A stretch of 64,000 bases of DNA, taken from NCBI GenBank assembly GCA_009914755.4, contig CP086569.2:47808001-47872000 (forward strand), in the 5' to 3' direction. Numbering within the stretch: the stretch's first letter is position 1; the number at the start of each line of letters is the position of its first letter. The DNA comes from the human T2T-CHM13v2.0 reference genome, Homo sapiens. The notes below the pieces were generated by a model, which was not told where the DNA came from, ran no database searches, and saw only the letters and a list, made by a program, of their open reading frames with translations. Shown here piece by piece: positions 27,278 through 61,122 of the stretch. A program made the position numbers and the translations under genes.

Positions 27278-28838
27278 ACATACGTATACATTATGTATAC
27301 AATAATATACAGTATCATATATATAATATATATAACCTATGTATAATATTGTTTTACATCCTGCATCTTATACTATATATATTGTATAAAATATAATAAT
27401 TGATAATATATAAGTTTTATATTTATATTATATGACATATATTATATATTATAATTTATGATATATATATTATATGTTATATATCATATATAGAATATAT
27501 TATACGGTTAATATACGTATTAAATATAAATTATATATTATATACATTATATATAATATATCTGTTATATATAATACCCATTATGCATAATATATATATT
27601 ATGTCTATGTTATATATAGTATAAAACAACATATAATAATATATAATTGTATATATAAAAGGTGACATATAATATATATTATATTTTATGACATATGTAA
27701 TATATATTATATATTATATATAATACGTTGTATGTATAATACCTATATTAAATATATATGATATGACTATGTTATTAATTACATGTCACATGTGTTATAT
27801 ATTATATATTTTACATACAATATACCGGTTACATACAATATATACTATCTTACCTACAATGTATAATTTATTACATGTAAAATAAAGAATGCAGTATATT
27901 ATGTATAATTTATAATATACAATATGTGGAATGTGATATATATAACATATAATATATGATATATGATATACACTATATGATATATAACATACAATATATG
28001 ATACCTAATATATATGGTATACAATATATATTTTATGATATGTATTCTATATGTTTTTTATTCTGTTATATATAACTATTTGAAATTATATATAACTGTA
28101 TAATATTTTATGTAAATATGTAATATAATATATATAACTATATAATATATTATATATAACTTTATATTATGTTATATATACTTTTATAACATAATTTACA
28201 TAAAATATCATAATATAATATATATTATATTATTTCTTATTACATAATATATATTACATATCACCCAATATAAGTAACATACATAATATTATAATATAGA
28301 TTATATTATGTTATATTAAATATCATATATATCATGTATCATATATTCTATAATATATATTACACATTATATAATATGTATGTTGTCTATTATGTGATAT
28401 ATATAACTATATATATAATTATATTATTATACATATAACTAGATAAACGTGTAATTCTACATATTTTCATTTATAATATATAGAATTATGTAATCATATA
28501 TAATTATTTATATTCTATAAAAAATTATATCATTATATAAATTATAATATATAAAAATTAAAATATGTACTTAAAACAGATATATTATATATCATATATG
28601 ATATAGTACCTTTGTTATATATCATAATACATATAAATGTGTATTATGTTATCTATAATTATATAATTTCGTATATAAGATGTATAATATGTATTATATA
28701 TTTTATATGCTATGTAATATATATAGTATATATAAGATGACACAGGATAAATATTATATACTATGACATATAAAATATAAGAGGTTATATGTTACATATA
28801 AGTCATACCACATAAGATGTAATATATATCATATATAA
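27278..28838. repeat. AT-rich low-complexity block (unit 12)
   Basis: Homolog of 686-2246. Confidence 0.85.
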
Positions 28839-29132
<294 letters not shown>

Positions 29133-29697
29133 ATCCATATTTTTTAAATGAAAAAAAATTTCAAAGGTACTCTGCTTGGTACAATAATCAAATGTGTAAA
29201 CTGAGGAATAAAACATAACCATGAAACCTACTTATAACTGCATATGGAAAATACAGAGGATAATTTTTTAAATAACATATTTTGAAAGCCTTAACTAGTA
29301 ATTTGAAGAGTTGGCATTTGAAAGGCCAGTATGAATATACCTTCAAAGCAGCAACACAGGTTCCCCATGAGAAAAACAAACTCAGGGAAAATAAAACCAC
29401 AAAGGTTCAATCTCTTCTGACCTTTGAAAGACACAGCACAGACAGTGGTCCTTAGGACGAAGAGCAGGAGACCCCTAATTCCGTCACCATGGCGATAGGG
29501 CATAAACATTGCTGGGTGAGGGCACAATCCACATTGTGAGGTCCAACTGCTGCCAGGAAGACAGGAGTGCTTTTACATAGACCGAAAGGTCATTGAAGGC
29601 TCAGAGTTTTGTTTCAAGAACTGAATCCCAAGCCCACACGTTATTAGGCTGCGCTTCTTAAAACAAGCTATGAGATGGGAAAAAGGGCACCCACAAA

Positions 29698-31257
29698 CAT
29701 ACGTATACATTACGTATATAATAATATACAGTATCATATATATAATATATATAACCTATGTATAATATTGTTTTACATCCTGCATCTTATACTATATATA
29801 TTGTATAAAATATAATAATTGATAATATATAAGTTTTATATTTATACTATATGACATATATTATATATTATAATTTATGATATATATATTATATGTTATA
29901 TATCATATGTAGAATATATTATACGGTTAATATACGTATTAAATATAAATTATATATTATATACATTATATATAATATATCTGTTATATATAATACCCAT
30001 TATGCATAATATATATATTATGTCTATGTTATATATAGTATAAAACAACATATAATAATATATAATTGTATATATAAAAGGTGACATATAATATATATTA
30101 TATTTTATGACATATGTAATATATATTATATATTATATATAATACGTTGTATGTATAATACCTATATTAAATATATATGATATGACTATGTTATTAATTA
30201 CATGTCACATGTGTTATATATTATATATTTTACATACAATATACCGGTTACATACAATATATACTATCTTATCTACAATGTATAATTTATTACATGTAAA
30301 ATAAAGAATGCACTATATTATGTATAATTTATAATATACAATATGTGGAATGTGATATATATAACATATAATATATGATATATGATATACAGTATATGAT
30401 ATATAACATACAATATATGATACCTAATATATATGGTATACAATATATATTTTATGATATGTATTCTATATGTTTTTTATTCTGTTATATATAACTATTT
30501 GAAATTATATATAACTGTATAATATTTTATGTAAATATGTAATATAATATATATAACTATATAATATATTATATATAACTTTATATTATGTTATATATAC
30601 TTTTATAACATAATTTACATAAAATATCATAATATAATATATATTATATTATTTCTTATTACATAATATATATTACATATCACCCAATATAAGTAACATA
30701 CATAATATTATAATATAGATTATATTATGTTATAGTAAATATCATATATATCATGTATCATATATTCTATAATATATATTACACATTATATAATATGTAT
30801 GTTGTTTATTATGTGATATATATAAGTATATATATAATTATATTATTATACATATAACTAGATAAACGTGTAATTCTACATATTTTCATTTATAATATAT
30901 AGAATTATGTAATCATATATAATTATTTATATTCTATAAAAAATTATATCATTATATAAATTATAATATATAAAAATTAAAATATGTACTTAAAACAGAT
31001 ATATTATATATCATATATGATATAGTACCTTTGTTATATATCATAATACATATAAATGTGTATTATGTTATCTATAATTATATAATTTCGTATATAAGAT
31101 GTATAATATGTATTATATATTTTATATGTTATGTAATATATCTAGTATATATAAGATGACACAGGATAAATATTATACACTATGACATATAAAATATAAG
31201 AGGTTATATGTTACATATAAGTCATACCACATAAGATGTAATATATATCATATATAA
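29698..31257. repeat. AT-rich low-complexity block (unit 13)
   Basis: Homolog of 686-2246. Confidence 0.85.
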
Positions 31258-31551
<294 letters not shown>

Positions 31552-32116
31552 ATCCATATTTTTTAAATGAAAAAAAATTTCAAAGGTACTCTGCTTGGTA
31601 CAATAATCAAATGTATAAACTGAGGAATAAAACATAACCATGAAACCTACTTATAACTGCATATGGAAAATACAGAGGATAATTTTTTAAATAACATATT
31701 TTGAAAGCCTTAACTAGTAATTTGAAGAGTTGGCATTTGAAAGGCCAGTATGAATATACCTTCAAAGCAGCAACACAGGTTCCCCATGAGAAAAAGCAAA
31801 CTCAGGGAAAATAAAACCACAAAGGTTCAATCTCTTCTGACCTTTGAAAGACACAGCACAGACAGTGGTCCTTAGGACGAAGAGCAGGAGACCCCTAATT
31901 CCGTCACCATGGCGATAGGGCATAAACATTGCTGGGTGAGGGCACAATCCACATTGTGAGGTCCAACTGCTGCCAGGAAGACAGGAGTGCTTTTACATAG
32001 ACCGAAAGGTCATTGAAGGCTCAGAGTTTTGTTTCAAGAACTGAATCCCAAGCCCACACGTTATTAGGCTGCGCTTCTTAAAACAAGCTATGAGATGGGA
32101 AAAAGGGCACCCACAA

Positions 32117-33675
32117 ACATACGTATACATTATGTATATAATAATATACAGTATCATATACATAATATATATAACCTATGTATAATATTGTTTTACATCC
32201 TGCATCTTATACTATATATATTGTATAAAATATAATAATTGATAATATATAAGTTTTATATTTATACTATATGACATATATTATATATTATAATTTATGA
32301 TATATATATTATATGTTATATATCATATATAGAATATATTATACGGTTAATATACGTATTAAATATAAATTATATATTATATACATTATATATAATATAT
32401 CTGTTATATATAATACACATTATGCATAATATATATATTATGTCTATGTTATATATAGTATAAAACAACATATAATAATATATAATTGTATATATAAAAG
32501 GTGACATATAATATATATTATATTTTATGACATATGTAATATATATTATATATTATATATAATACGTTGTATGTATAATACCTATATTAAATATATATGA
32601 TATCACTATGTTATTAATTACATGTCACATGTGTTATATATTATATATTTTACATACAATATACCGGTTACATACAATATATACTATCTTACCTACAATG
32701 TATAATTTATTACATGTAAAATAAAGAATGCAGTATATTATGTATAATTTATAATATACAATATGTGGAATGCGATATATATAACATATAATATATGATA
32801 TATGATATACAGTATATGATATATAACATACAATATATGATACCTAATATATATGGTATACAATATATATTTTATGATATGTATTCTATATGTTTTATAT
32901 TCTGTTATATATAACTATTTGAAATTATATATAACTGTATAATATTTTATGTAAATATGTAATATAATATATATAACTATATAATATATTATATATAAAT
33001 ATATATTATGTTATATATACTTTTATAACATAATTTACATAAAATGTCATAATATAATATAGATTATATTATTTCATATTACATAATATATATTGCATAT
33101 CACCCAATATAAGTAACATACATAATATTATAATATAGATTATATTATGTTATATTAAATGTCATATATATCATGTATCATATATTCTATAATATATATT
33201 ATACATTTTATAATATGTATGTTGTCTATTATGTGATATATATAACTATATATAATTATATTATTATACATATAACTAGATAAACATGTAATTCTACATA
33301 TTTTCATTTATAATATATAGAATTATATAATCATATATAATTATTTATATTCTATAAAAAATTATATCATTATATAAATTATAATATATAAAAATTATAA
33401 TACGTACTACAAATATATATATTATATATCATATATGATATAGTACCTTTGTTATATATCATAGTACATATAAATGTGTATTATGTTATCTATAATTATA
33501 TAAATTCATATATAAGATGTATAATATTTATTATATATTATATATGTTATGTAATATATATAGTATATATAAGATGACACAGGATAAATATTATATACTA
33601 TGACATATAAAATATATGAGGTTATATGTTACATATAAGGCATAGCACATAACATGTAATATATATCATCTATAA
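32117..33675. repeat. AT-rich low-complexity block (unit 14)
   Basis: Homolog of 686-2246. Confidence 0.85.
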
Positions 33676-33969
33676 TTTTTTTTTAGACAGAGTCTTGTCC
33701 TGTTGCACAGGATGGAGTACAATGGCGCCATCTTTGCTCACAGCAACATCTGCCTCACGGGTCTAAGCGATTGTCCTCCCTCAACCTCCCAGGTAGCTGG
33801 GACTACACCACACTGGGACTACACCAGCTGCCACCAGGCCTAGCTAATTTTTTGGATTTTTAGTAGTGACAGCGTTTCACTGTATTGGCCAGGATGGTCT
33901 TGATCTCTTCACCTTGTGATCCCCTTGCCTTGGCCTCCAAATTTGCTGGGATTACAGGCCTGAGCCAAG
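33676..33969 (-). mobile_element. Alu SINE (unit 15)
   Basis: Reverse-complement Alu at the unit period. Confidence 0.9.
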
Positions 33970-34534
33970 ATCCATATTTTTTAAATGAAAAAAAATTTCA
34001 AAGGTACTCTGCTTGGTACAATAATCAAATGTATAAACTGAGGAATAAAACATAACCATGAAAGCTACTTATAACTGCATATGGAAAATACAGAGGATAG
34101 TTTTTTAAATAACATATTTTGAAAGCCTTAACTAGCAATTTGAATAGTTGGCATTTGAAAGGACAGTATGAATATACATTCAAAGCAGCAACACAGGTTC
34201 CCCATGAGAAAAAGCAAACTCAGGGAAAATAAAACCACAAAGGTTCAATCTCTTCTGATCTTTGAAAGACACAGCACAGACAGTGGTCCTTAGGAGGAAG
34301 AGCGGGAGACCCCTAATTCCGTCACCATGGCGATAGGGCATAAACATTGCTAGGTGAGGGCACAATCCACATTGTGAGGTCCAACTGCTGCCAGGAAGAC
34401 AGGAGTGCTTTTACATAGACCGAAAGGTCATTGAAGGCTCAGAGTTTTGTTTCAAGAACTGAATCCCAAGCCCACACGTTATTAGGCTGCGCTTCTTAAA
34501 ACAAGTTATGAGATGGGAAAAAGGGCACCCACAA

Positions 34535-36384
<1,850 letters not shown>

Positions 36385-36949
36385 ATCCATATTTTTTAAA
36401 TGAAAAAAAATTTCAAAGGTACTCTGCTTGGTACAATAATCAAATGTACAAACTGAGGAATAAAACATAACCATGAAAGCTACTTATAACTGCATATGGA
36501 AAATACAGAGGATAATTTTTTAAGTAACATATTTTGAAAGCCTTAACTAGTAATTTGAAGAGTTGGCATTTGAAAGGACAGTATGAATATACCTCCAAAG
36601 CAGCAACACAGGTTCCCCATGAGAAAAAGCAAACTCAGGGAAAATAAAACCACAAAGGTTCAATCTCTTCTGACCTTTGAAAGACACAGCACAGACAGTG
36701 GTCCTTAGGACGAAGAGCAGGAGACCCCTAATTCCGTCACCATGGCGATAGGGCATAAACATTGCTGGGTGAGGGCACAATCCACATTGTGAGGTCCAAC
36801 TGCTGCCAGGAAGACAGGAGTGCTTTTACATAGACCGAAAGGTCATTCAAGGCTCAGAGTTTTGTTTCAAGAACTGAATCCCAAGCCCACACGTTATTAG
36901 GCTGCGCTTCTTAAAACAAGTTATGAGATGGGAAAAAGGGCACCCACAA

Positions 36950-38797
<1,848 letters not shown>

Positions 38798-39362
38798 ATC
38801 CATATTTTTTAAATGAAAAAAAATTTCAAAGGTACTCTGCTTGGTACAATAATCAAATGTATAAACTGAGGAATAAAACATAACCATGAAAGCTACTTAT
38901 AACTGCATATGGAAAATACAGAGGATAATTTTTTAATAACATATTTTGAAAGCCTTAACTAGTAATTTGAAGAGTTGGCATTTGAAAGGCCAGTATGAAT
39001 ATACCTTCAAAGCAGCAACACAGGTTCCCCATGAGAAAAAGCAAACTCAGGGAAAATAAAACCGCAAAGGTTCAATCTCTTCTGACGTATGAAAGACACA
39101 GCACAGACAGTGGTCCTTAGGAGGAAGAGCAGGAGACCCCTAATTCCGTCACCATGGCGATAGGGCATAAACATTGCTGGGTGAGGGCACAATCCACATT
39201 GTGAGGTCCAACTGCTGCCAGGAAGACAGGAGTGCTTTTACATAGACCGAAAGGTCATTGAAGGCTCAGAGTTTTGTTTCAAGAACTGAATCCCAAGCCC
39301 ACACGTTATTAGGCTGCGCTTCTTAAAACAAGTTATGAGATTGGAAAAAGGGCACCCACAAA

Positions 39363-41216
<1,854 letters not shown>

Positions 41217-41781
41217 ATCCATATTTTTTAAATGAAAAAAAATTTCAAAGGTACTCTGCTTGGTACAATAATCAAATGTATAAACTGAGGAATAAAACAT
41301 AACCATGAAACCTACTTATAACTGCATATGGAAAATACAGAGGATAATTTTTTAAATAACATATTTTGAAAGCCTTAACTAGTAATTTGAAGAGTTGGCA
41401 TTTGAAAGGCCAGAATGAATATACCTTCAAAGCAGCAACATAGGTTCCCCATGAGAAAAAGCAAACTCAGGGAAAATAAAACCACAAAGGTTCAATCTCT
41501 TCTGACCTTTGAAAGACACAGCACAGACAGTGGTCCTTAGGACGAAGAGCAGGAGACCCCTAATTCCGTCACCATGGCGATAGGGCATAAACACTGCTGG
41601 GTGAGGGCACAATCCACATTGTGAGGTCCAACTGCTGCCAGGAAGACAGGAGCGCTTTTACATAGACCGAAAGTTCATTGAAGGCTCAGAGTTTTGTTTC
41701 AAGAACTGAATCCCAAGCCCACACGTTATTAGGCTGCGCTTCTTAAAACAAGTTATGAGATGGGAAAAAGGGCACCCACAA

Positions 41782-43634
<1,853 letters not shown>

Positions 43635-44199
43635 ATCCATATTTTTTAAATGAAAAAAAATTTGAAAGGTACTCTGCTTGGTAGAATAATCAAATGTATA
43701 AACTGAGGAATAAAACATAACCATGAAAGCTACTTATAACTGCATATGGAAAATACAGAGGATAATTTTTTAAATAACATATTTTGAAAGCCTTAACTAG
43801 TAATTTGAAGAGTTGGCATTTGAAAGGACAGTATGAATATACCTTCAAAGCAGCAACACAGGTTCCCCATGAGAAAAAGCAAACTCAGGGAAAATAAAAC
43901 CAAAAAGGTTCAATCTCTTCTGATCTTTGAAAGACACAGCACAGACAGTGGTCCTTAGGACGAAGAGCAGGAGACCCCTAATTCCGTCACCATGGCGATA
44001 GGGCAGAAACATTGCTGGGTGAGGGCACAATCCACATTGTGAGGTCCAACTGCTGCCAGGAAGACAGGATTGCTTTTACATAGACCGAAAGGTCATTGAA
44101 GGCTCAGAGTTTTGTTTCAAGGACTGAATCCCAAGCCCACACCTTATTAGGCTGCGCTTCTTAAAACAAGTTATGAGATGGGAAAAAGGGCACCCACAA

Positions 44200-46052
<1,853 letters not shown>

Positions 46053-46617
46053 ATCCATATTTTGTAAATGAAAAAAAATTTCAAAGGTACTCTGCTTGGT
46101 ACAATAATCAAATGTATAAACTGAGGAATAAAACATAACCATGAAAGCTACTTATAACTGCATATGGAAAATACAGAGGATAATTTTTTAAATAACATAT
46201 TTTGAAAGCCTTAACTAGTAATTTGAAGAGTTGGCATTTGAAAGGCCAGTATGAATATACCTTCAAAGCAGCAACACAGGTTCCCCATGAGAAAAAGCAA
46301 ACTCAGGGAAAATAAAACCGCAAAGGTTCAATCTCTTCTGACCTATGAAAGACACAGCACAGACAGTGGTCCTTAGGAGGAAGAGCAGGAGACCCCTAAT
46401 TCCGTCACCATGGCGATAGGGCATAAACATTGCTGGGTGAGGGCACAATCCACATTGTGAGGTCCAACTGCTGCCAGGAAGACAGGAGTGCTTTTACATA
46501 GACCGAAAGGTCATTGAAGGCTCAGAGTTTTGTTTCAAGAACTGAATCCCAAGCCCACACGTTATTAGGCTGCGCTTCTTAAAACAAGTTATGAGATTGG
46601 AAAAAGGGCACCCACAA

Positions 46618-48468
<1,851 letters not shown>

Positions 48469-49033
48469 ATCCATATTTTTTAAATGAAAAAAAATTTCAA
48501 AGGTACTCTGCTTGGTACAATAATCAAATGTATAAACTGAGGAATAAAACATAACCATGAAACCTACTTATAACTGCATATGGAAAATACAGAGGATAAT
48601 TTTTTAAATAACATATTTTGAAAGCCTTAACTAGTAATTTGAAGAGTTGGCATTTGAAAGGCCAGTATGAATATACCTTCAAAGCAGCAACACAGGTTCC
48701 CCATGAGAAAAAGCAAACTCAGGGAAAATAAAACCACAAAGGTTCAATCTCTTCTGACCTTTGAAAGACACAGCACAGACAGTGGTCCTTAGGACGAAGA
48801 GCAGGAGACCCCTAATTCCGTCACCATGGCGATAGGGCATAAACATTGCTGGGGGAGGGCACAATCCACATTGTGAGGTCCAACTGCTGCCAGGAAGACA
48901 GGAGTGCTTTTACATAGACCGAAAGGTCATTGAAGGCTCAGAGTTTTGTTTCAAGAACTGAATCCCAAGCCCACACGTTATTAGGCTGCGCTTCTTAAAA
49001 CAAGTTATGAGATGGGAAAAAGGGCACCTACAA

Positions 49034-50884
<1,851 letters not shown>

Positions 50885-51449
50885 ATCCATATTTTTTAAA
50901 TGAAAAAAAATTTCAAAGGTACTCTGCTTGGTACAATAATCAAATGTATAAACTGAGGAATAAAACATAACCATGAAACCTACTTATAACTGCATATGGA
51001 AAATACAGAGGATAATTTTTTAAATAACATATTTTGAAAGCCTTAACTAGTAATTTGAAGAGTTGGCATTTGAAAGGCCAGTATGAATATACCTTCAAAG
51101 CAGCAACACAGGTACCCCATGAGAAAAAGCAAACTCAGGGAAAATAAAACCACAAAGGTTGAATCTCTTCTGACCTTTGAAAGACACAGCACAGACAGTG
51201 GTCCTTAGGACGAAGAGCAGGAGACCCCTAATTCCGTCACCATGGCGATAGGGCATAAACATTGCTGGGTGAGGGCACAATCCACATTGTGAGGTCCAAC
51301 TGCTGCCAGGAAGACAGGAGTGCTTTTACATAGACCAAAAGGTCATTGAAGGCTCAGAGTTTTGTTTCAAGAACTGAATCCCAAGCCCACACGTTATTAG
51401 GCTGCGCTTCTTAAACAAGTTATGAGATGGGAAAAAGGGCACCTACAAA

Positions 51450-53005
51450 CATAAGTATACATTATGTATATAATAATATACAGTATCATATATATAATAT
51501 ATATAACCCATGTATAATATTGTTTTACATCCTGCATCTTATATTATATATATTGTATAAAATATAATAATTGATAATATATAAATTTTATATTTATACA
51601 ATATGACATATAGTATATATTATAATTTATTACATATATAATATATGTTATATATCATATATAGAATATATTATACGGTTAATATACGTATTAAATATAA
51701 ATTATACATTATATATATTATATAAAATATATCTGCTATATATAATACCCATTGTGCATAATATATATATTATGTCTATGTTATATATAGTATAAAACAA
51801 CATATAATAATATATAATTGTATATATAAAACGCGACATATAATATATATTATATTTTATGACATATGTAATATATATTATATATTATATATAATACGTT
51901 GTTTGTATAATACCTATAATAAATATAAATTATATGACTATGTTATTAATTTCATGTCACATATGTTATATATTATATATTTTACATAGAATATACCGGT
52001 TACATACAATATATACTATGTTACCTATAATGTATAATTTATTACATGTAAAATAAAGAATGCAATATATTATGTATAATTTATAATATACAATATGTGG
52101 AATGTGATATATATAACATATAATATATTATATATGATATACAGTATATGATATATAACATACAATATATGATACCTAATATATATGGTATACAATATAT
52201 ATTTTATGATATGTATTCTATATGTTTTATATTCTGTTATATATAACTATTTGAAATTATATATAACTGTATAATATTTTATGTAAATATGTAATATAAT
52301 ATATAACTATATAATATATTATATATAACTATATATTATGTTATATATACTTTTATAACATAATTTACATAAAATATCATAATATAATATATATTATATT
52401 ATTTCATATTACATAATATATATTACATATCACCCAATATAAGTAACATACATAATATTATAATATAGATTATATTATGTTATATTAAATATCATATATA
52501 TCATGTATCATATATTCTATAATATATATGATACATTATATAATATGTATGTTGTCTATTATGTGATATATATAACTATATATAATTATATTATTATACA
52601 TATTACTAGATAAACATGTAATTCTACATATTTTCATTTATAATATATAGAATTATATAATCATATATAATTATTTATATTCTATAAAAAATTATATCAT
52701 TATATAAATTATAATATATAAAAATTATAATATGTACTACAAATATATATATTATATATCATATATGATATAGTACCTTTGTTATATATCATAATACATA
52801 TAAATGTGTATTATGTTATTTATAATTATATAATTTCATATATAAGATGTATAATATGTATTATATATTATATATGTTATGTAATATATATAGTATATAT
52901 AAGATGACACAGGATAAATATTATATACTATGACATATAAAATATATGAGGTTATATGTTACATATAAGGCATAGCACATAACATGTAATATATATCATA
53001 TATAA
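51450..53005. repeat. AT-rich low-complexity block (unit 22)
   Basis: Homolog of 686-2246. Confidence 0.85.
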
Positions 53006-53298
<293 letters not shown>

Positions 53299-53863
53299 AT
53301 CCATATTTTTTAAATGAAAAAAAATTTCAAAGGTACTCTGCTTGGTACAATAATCAAATGTATAAACTGAGGAATAAAACATAACCATGAAACCTACTTA
53401 TAACTGCATATGGAAAATACAGAGGATAATTTTTTAAATAACATATTTTGAAAGCGTTAACTAGTAATTTGCAGAGTTGGCATTTGAAAGGCCAGTATGA
53501 ATATACCTTCAAAGCAGCAACACAGGTTCCCCATGAGAAAAAGCAAACTCAGGGAAAATAAAACCACAAAGGTTCAATCTCTTCTGACCTTTGAAAGACA
53601 CAGCACAGACAGTGGTCCTTAGGACGAAGAGCAGGAGACCCCTAATTCCGTCACCATGGCGATAGGGCATAAACATTGCTGGGTGAGGGCACAATCCACA
53701 TTGTGAGGTCCAACTGCTGCCAGGAAGACAGGAGTGCTTTTACATAGACCGAAAGGTCATTGAAGGCTCAGAGTTTTGTTTCAAGAACTGAATCCCAAGC
53801 CCACACATTATTAGGCTGCGCTTCTTAAAACAAGTTATGAGATGGGAAAAAGGGCACCTACAA

Positions 53864-55718
<1,855 letters not shown>

Positions 55719-56283
55719 ATCCATAATTTTTAAATGAAAAAAAATTTCAAAGGTACTCTGCTTGGTACAATAATCAAATGTATAAACTGAGGAATAAAAC
55801 ATAACCATGAAACCTACTTATAACTGCATATGGAAAATACAGAGGATAATATTTTAAATAACATATATTGAAAGCCTTAACTAGTAATTTGAAGAGTTGG
55901 CATTTGAAAGGCCAGTATGAATATACCTTCCAAGCAGCAACACAGGTTCCCCATGAGAAAAAGCAAACTCAGGGAAAATAAAACCACAAAGGTTCAATCT
56001 CTTCTGACCTTTGAAAGACACAGCACAGACAGTGGTCCTTAGGACGAAGAGCAGGAGACCCCTAATTCCGTCACCATGGCGATAGGGCATAAACATTGCT
56101 GGGTGAGGGCACAATCCACATTGTGAGGTCCAACTGCTGCCAGGAAGACAGGAGTGCTTTTACATAGACCGAAAGGTCATTGAAGGCTCAGAGTTTTGTT
56201 TCAAGAACTGAATCCCAAGCCCACACGTTATTAGGCTGCGCTTCTTAAAACAAGTTATGAGATGGGAAAAAGGGCACCCACAA

Positions 56284-58139
<1,856 letters not shown>

Positions 58140-58704
58140 ATCCATATTTTTTAAATGAAAAAAAATTTCAAAGGTACTCTGCTTGGTACAATAATCAAAT
58201 GTATAAACTGAGGAATAAAACATACCCATGAAACCTACTTATAACTGCATATGGAAAATACAGAGGATAATTTTTTAAATAACATATTTTGAAAGCCTTA
58301 ACTAGTAATTTGAAGAGTTGGCATTTGAAAGGCCAGTATGAATATACCTTCAATGCAGCAACACAGGTTCCCCATGAGAAAAAGCAAACACAGGGAAAAT
58401 AAAAACTCAAAGGTTCAATCTCTTCTGACCTTTGAAAGACACAGCACAGACAGTGGTCCTTAGGACGAAGAGCAGGAGACCCCTAATTCCGTCACCATGG
58501 CGATAGTGCATAAACATTGCTGGGTGAGGGCACAATCCACATTGTGAGGTCCAACTGCTGCCAGGAAGACAGGAGTGTTTTTACATAGACCGAAAGGTCA
58601 TTGAAGGCTCAGAGTTTTGTTTCAAGAACTGAATCCCAAGCCCACACGTTATTAGGCTGCGCTTCTTAAAACAAGTTATGAGATGGGAAAAAGGGCACCC
58701 ACAA

Positions 58705-60263
58705 ACATACGTATACATTATGTATATAATAATATAGAGTGTCATATATATAATATATATAACCTATGTATAATATTGTTTTACATCCTGCATCTTATGT
58801 TATATATATTGTATAAAATATAATAATTGATAATATATGTTTTATAATTATACAATATGACATATAGTATATATTATAATTTATGACATATATAATATAT
58901 GTTATATATCATATACAGAATATATTATACGGTTAATATACGTATTAAATATAAATTATACATTATATATATTATATATAATATATCTGTTATATATAAT
59001 ACCCATTATGCATAATATATATATTATGTTTATGTTATATATAGTATAAAACAACATATAATAATATATAATTGTATATATAAAGTGCGACATATAATAT
59101 ATATTATATTTTATAACATATGTAATATATATTATATATTATATATAATACGTTGTATGTATAATACCTATATTAAATATATATTATATGACTATGTTAT
59201 TAATTACATGTCACATGTGTTATATATTATATATTTTACATAGAATATACCGGTTACATACAATATATACTATGTTACCTATAATGTATAATTTATTACA
59301 TGTAAAATAAAGAATGCAATATATTATGTATAATTTATAATATACAATATGTGGAATGTGATATATATAACATATAATATATGATATATGATATACAGTA
59401 TATGATATACAACATACAATATATGATTCCTAATATATATGGTATACAATATATATTTTATGATATGTATTCTATATGTTTTATATTCTGTTATATATAA
59501 CTATTTGAAATTATATATAACTGTATAATATTTTATGTAAATATGTAATATAATATATATAACTATATAATATATTATATATAACTATATATTATGTTAT
59601 ATATACTTTTATAACATAATTTACATAAAATATCATAATATAATATATATTATATTATTTCATATTACATAATATATATTACATATCACCCAATATAACT
59701 AACATACATAATATTATAATATAGATTATATTGTGTTATAATAAATATCATATATATCATGTATCATATATTCTATAATATATATTACACATTATATAAT
59801 ATGTATGTTGTCTATTATGTGATATATATAACTATATATATAATTATATTTTTATACATATAACTAGATAAACATGTAATTCTACATATTTTCATTTATA
59901 ATATGTAGAATTATATAATCATATATAATTATTTATATTCTATAAAAAATTTTATCATTATATAAATTATAATATATAAAAATTGTAATATGTACTACAA
60001 ATATATATATTATATATCATATATGATATAGTACCTTTGTTATATATCATAATACATATAAATGTGTATTATGTTATCTATAATTATATAATTTCATATA
60101 TAAGATGTATAATATGTATCATGTATTATATATGTTATGTAATATATATAGTATATATAAGATGACACAGGATAAATATTATATACTATGACATATAAAA
60201 TATATGAGGTTATATGTTACATATAAGGCATAGCACATAACATGTAATATATATCATATATAA
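58705..60263. repeat. AT-rich low-complexity block (unit 25)
   Basis: Homolog of 686-2246. Confidence 0.85.
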
Positions 60264-60557
60264 TTTTTTTTTAGACAGAATCTTGTCCTGTTGCACAGGG
60301 TGGGGTACAATGGCGCCATCTTTGCTCACTGCAACTTCTGCCTCATGGGTCCAAGCGATTGTCCTCCCTCAGCCTCCCAGGTAGCTGGGACTACACCACA
60401 CTGGGACTACACCAGCTGCCACCATGCCTAGCTAATTTTTTGGATTTTTAGTAGTGACAGCGTTTCACTGTATTGGCCAGGATGGTCTTGATCTCTTCAC
60501 CTTGTGATCCCCTTGCCTTGGCCTCCAAATTTGCTGGGATTACAGGCCTGAGCCAAG
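60264..60557 (-). mobile_element. Alu SINE (unit 26)
   Basis: Reverse-complement Alu at the unit period. It carries the gggtggggtac variant. Confidence 0.9.
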
Positions 60558-61122
60558 ATCCATATTTTTTAAATGAAAAAAAATTTCAAAGGTACTCTGC
60601 TTGGTACAATAATCAAATGTATAAACTGAGGAATAAAACATAACCATGAAACCTACTTATAACTGCATATGGAAAATACAGAGGATAATTTTTTAAATAA
60701 CATATTTTGAAAGCCTTAACTAGTAATTTGAAGAGTTGGCATTTGAAAGGCCAGTATGAATATACCTTCAAAGCAGCAACACAGGTTCCCCATGAGAAAA
60801 AGCAAACACAGGGAAAATAAAAACACAAAGGTTCAATCTCTTCTGACCTTTGAAAGACACAGCACAGACAGTGGTCCTTAGGACGAAGAGCAGGAGACCC
60901 CTAATTCCGTCAACATGGCGATAGGGCATAAACATTGCTGGGTGAGGGCACAATCCACATTGTGAGGTCCAACTGCTGCCAGGAAGACAGGAGTGCTTTT
61001 ACATAGACCGAAAGGTCATTGAAGGCTCAGAGTTTTGTTTCAAGAACTGAATCCCAAGCCCACACGTTATTAGGCTGCGCTTCTTAAAACAAGTTATGAG
61101 ATGGGAAAAAGGGCACCCACAA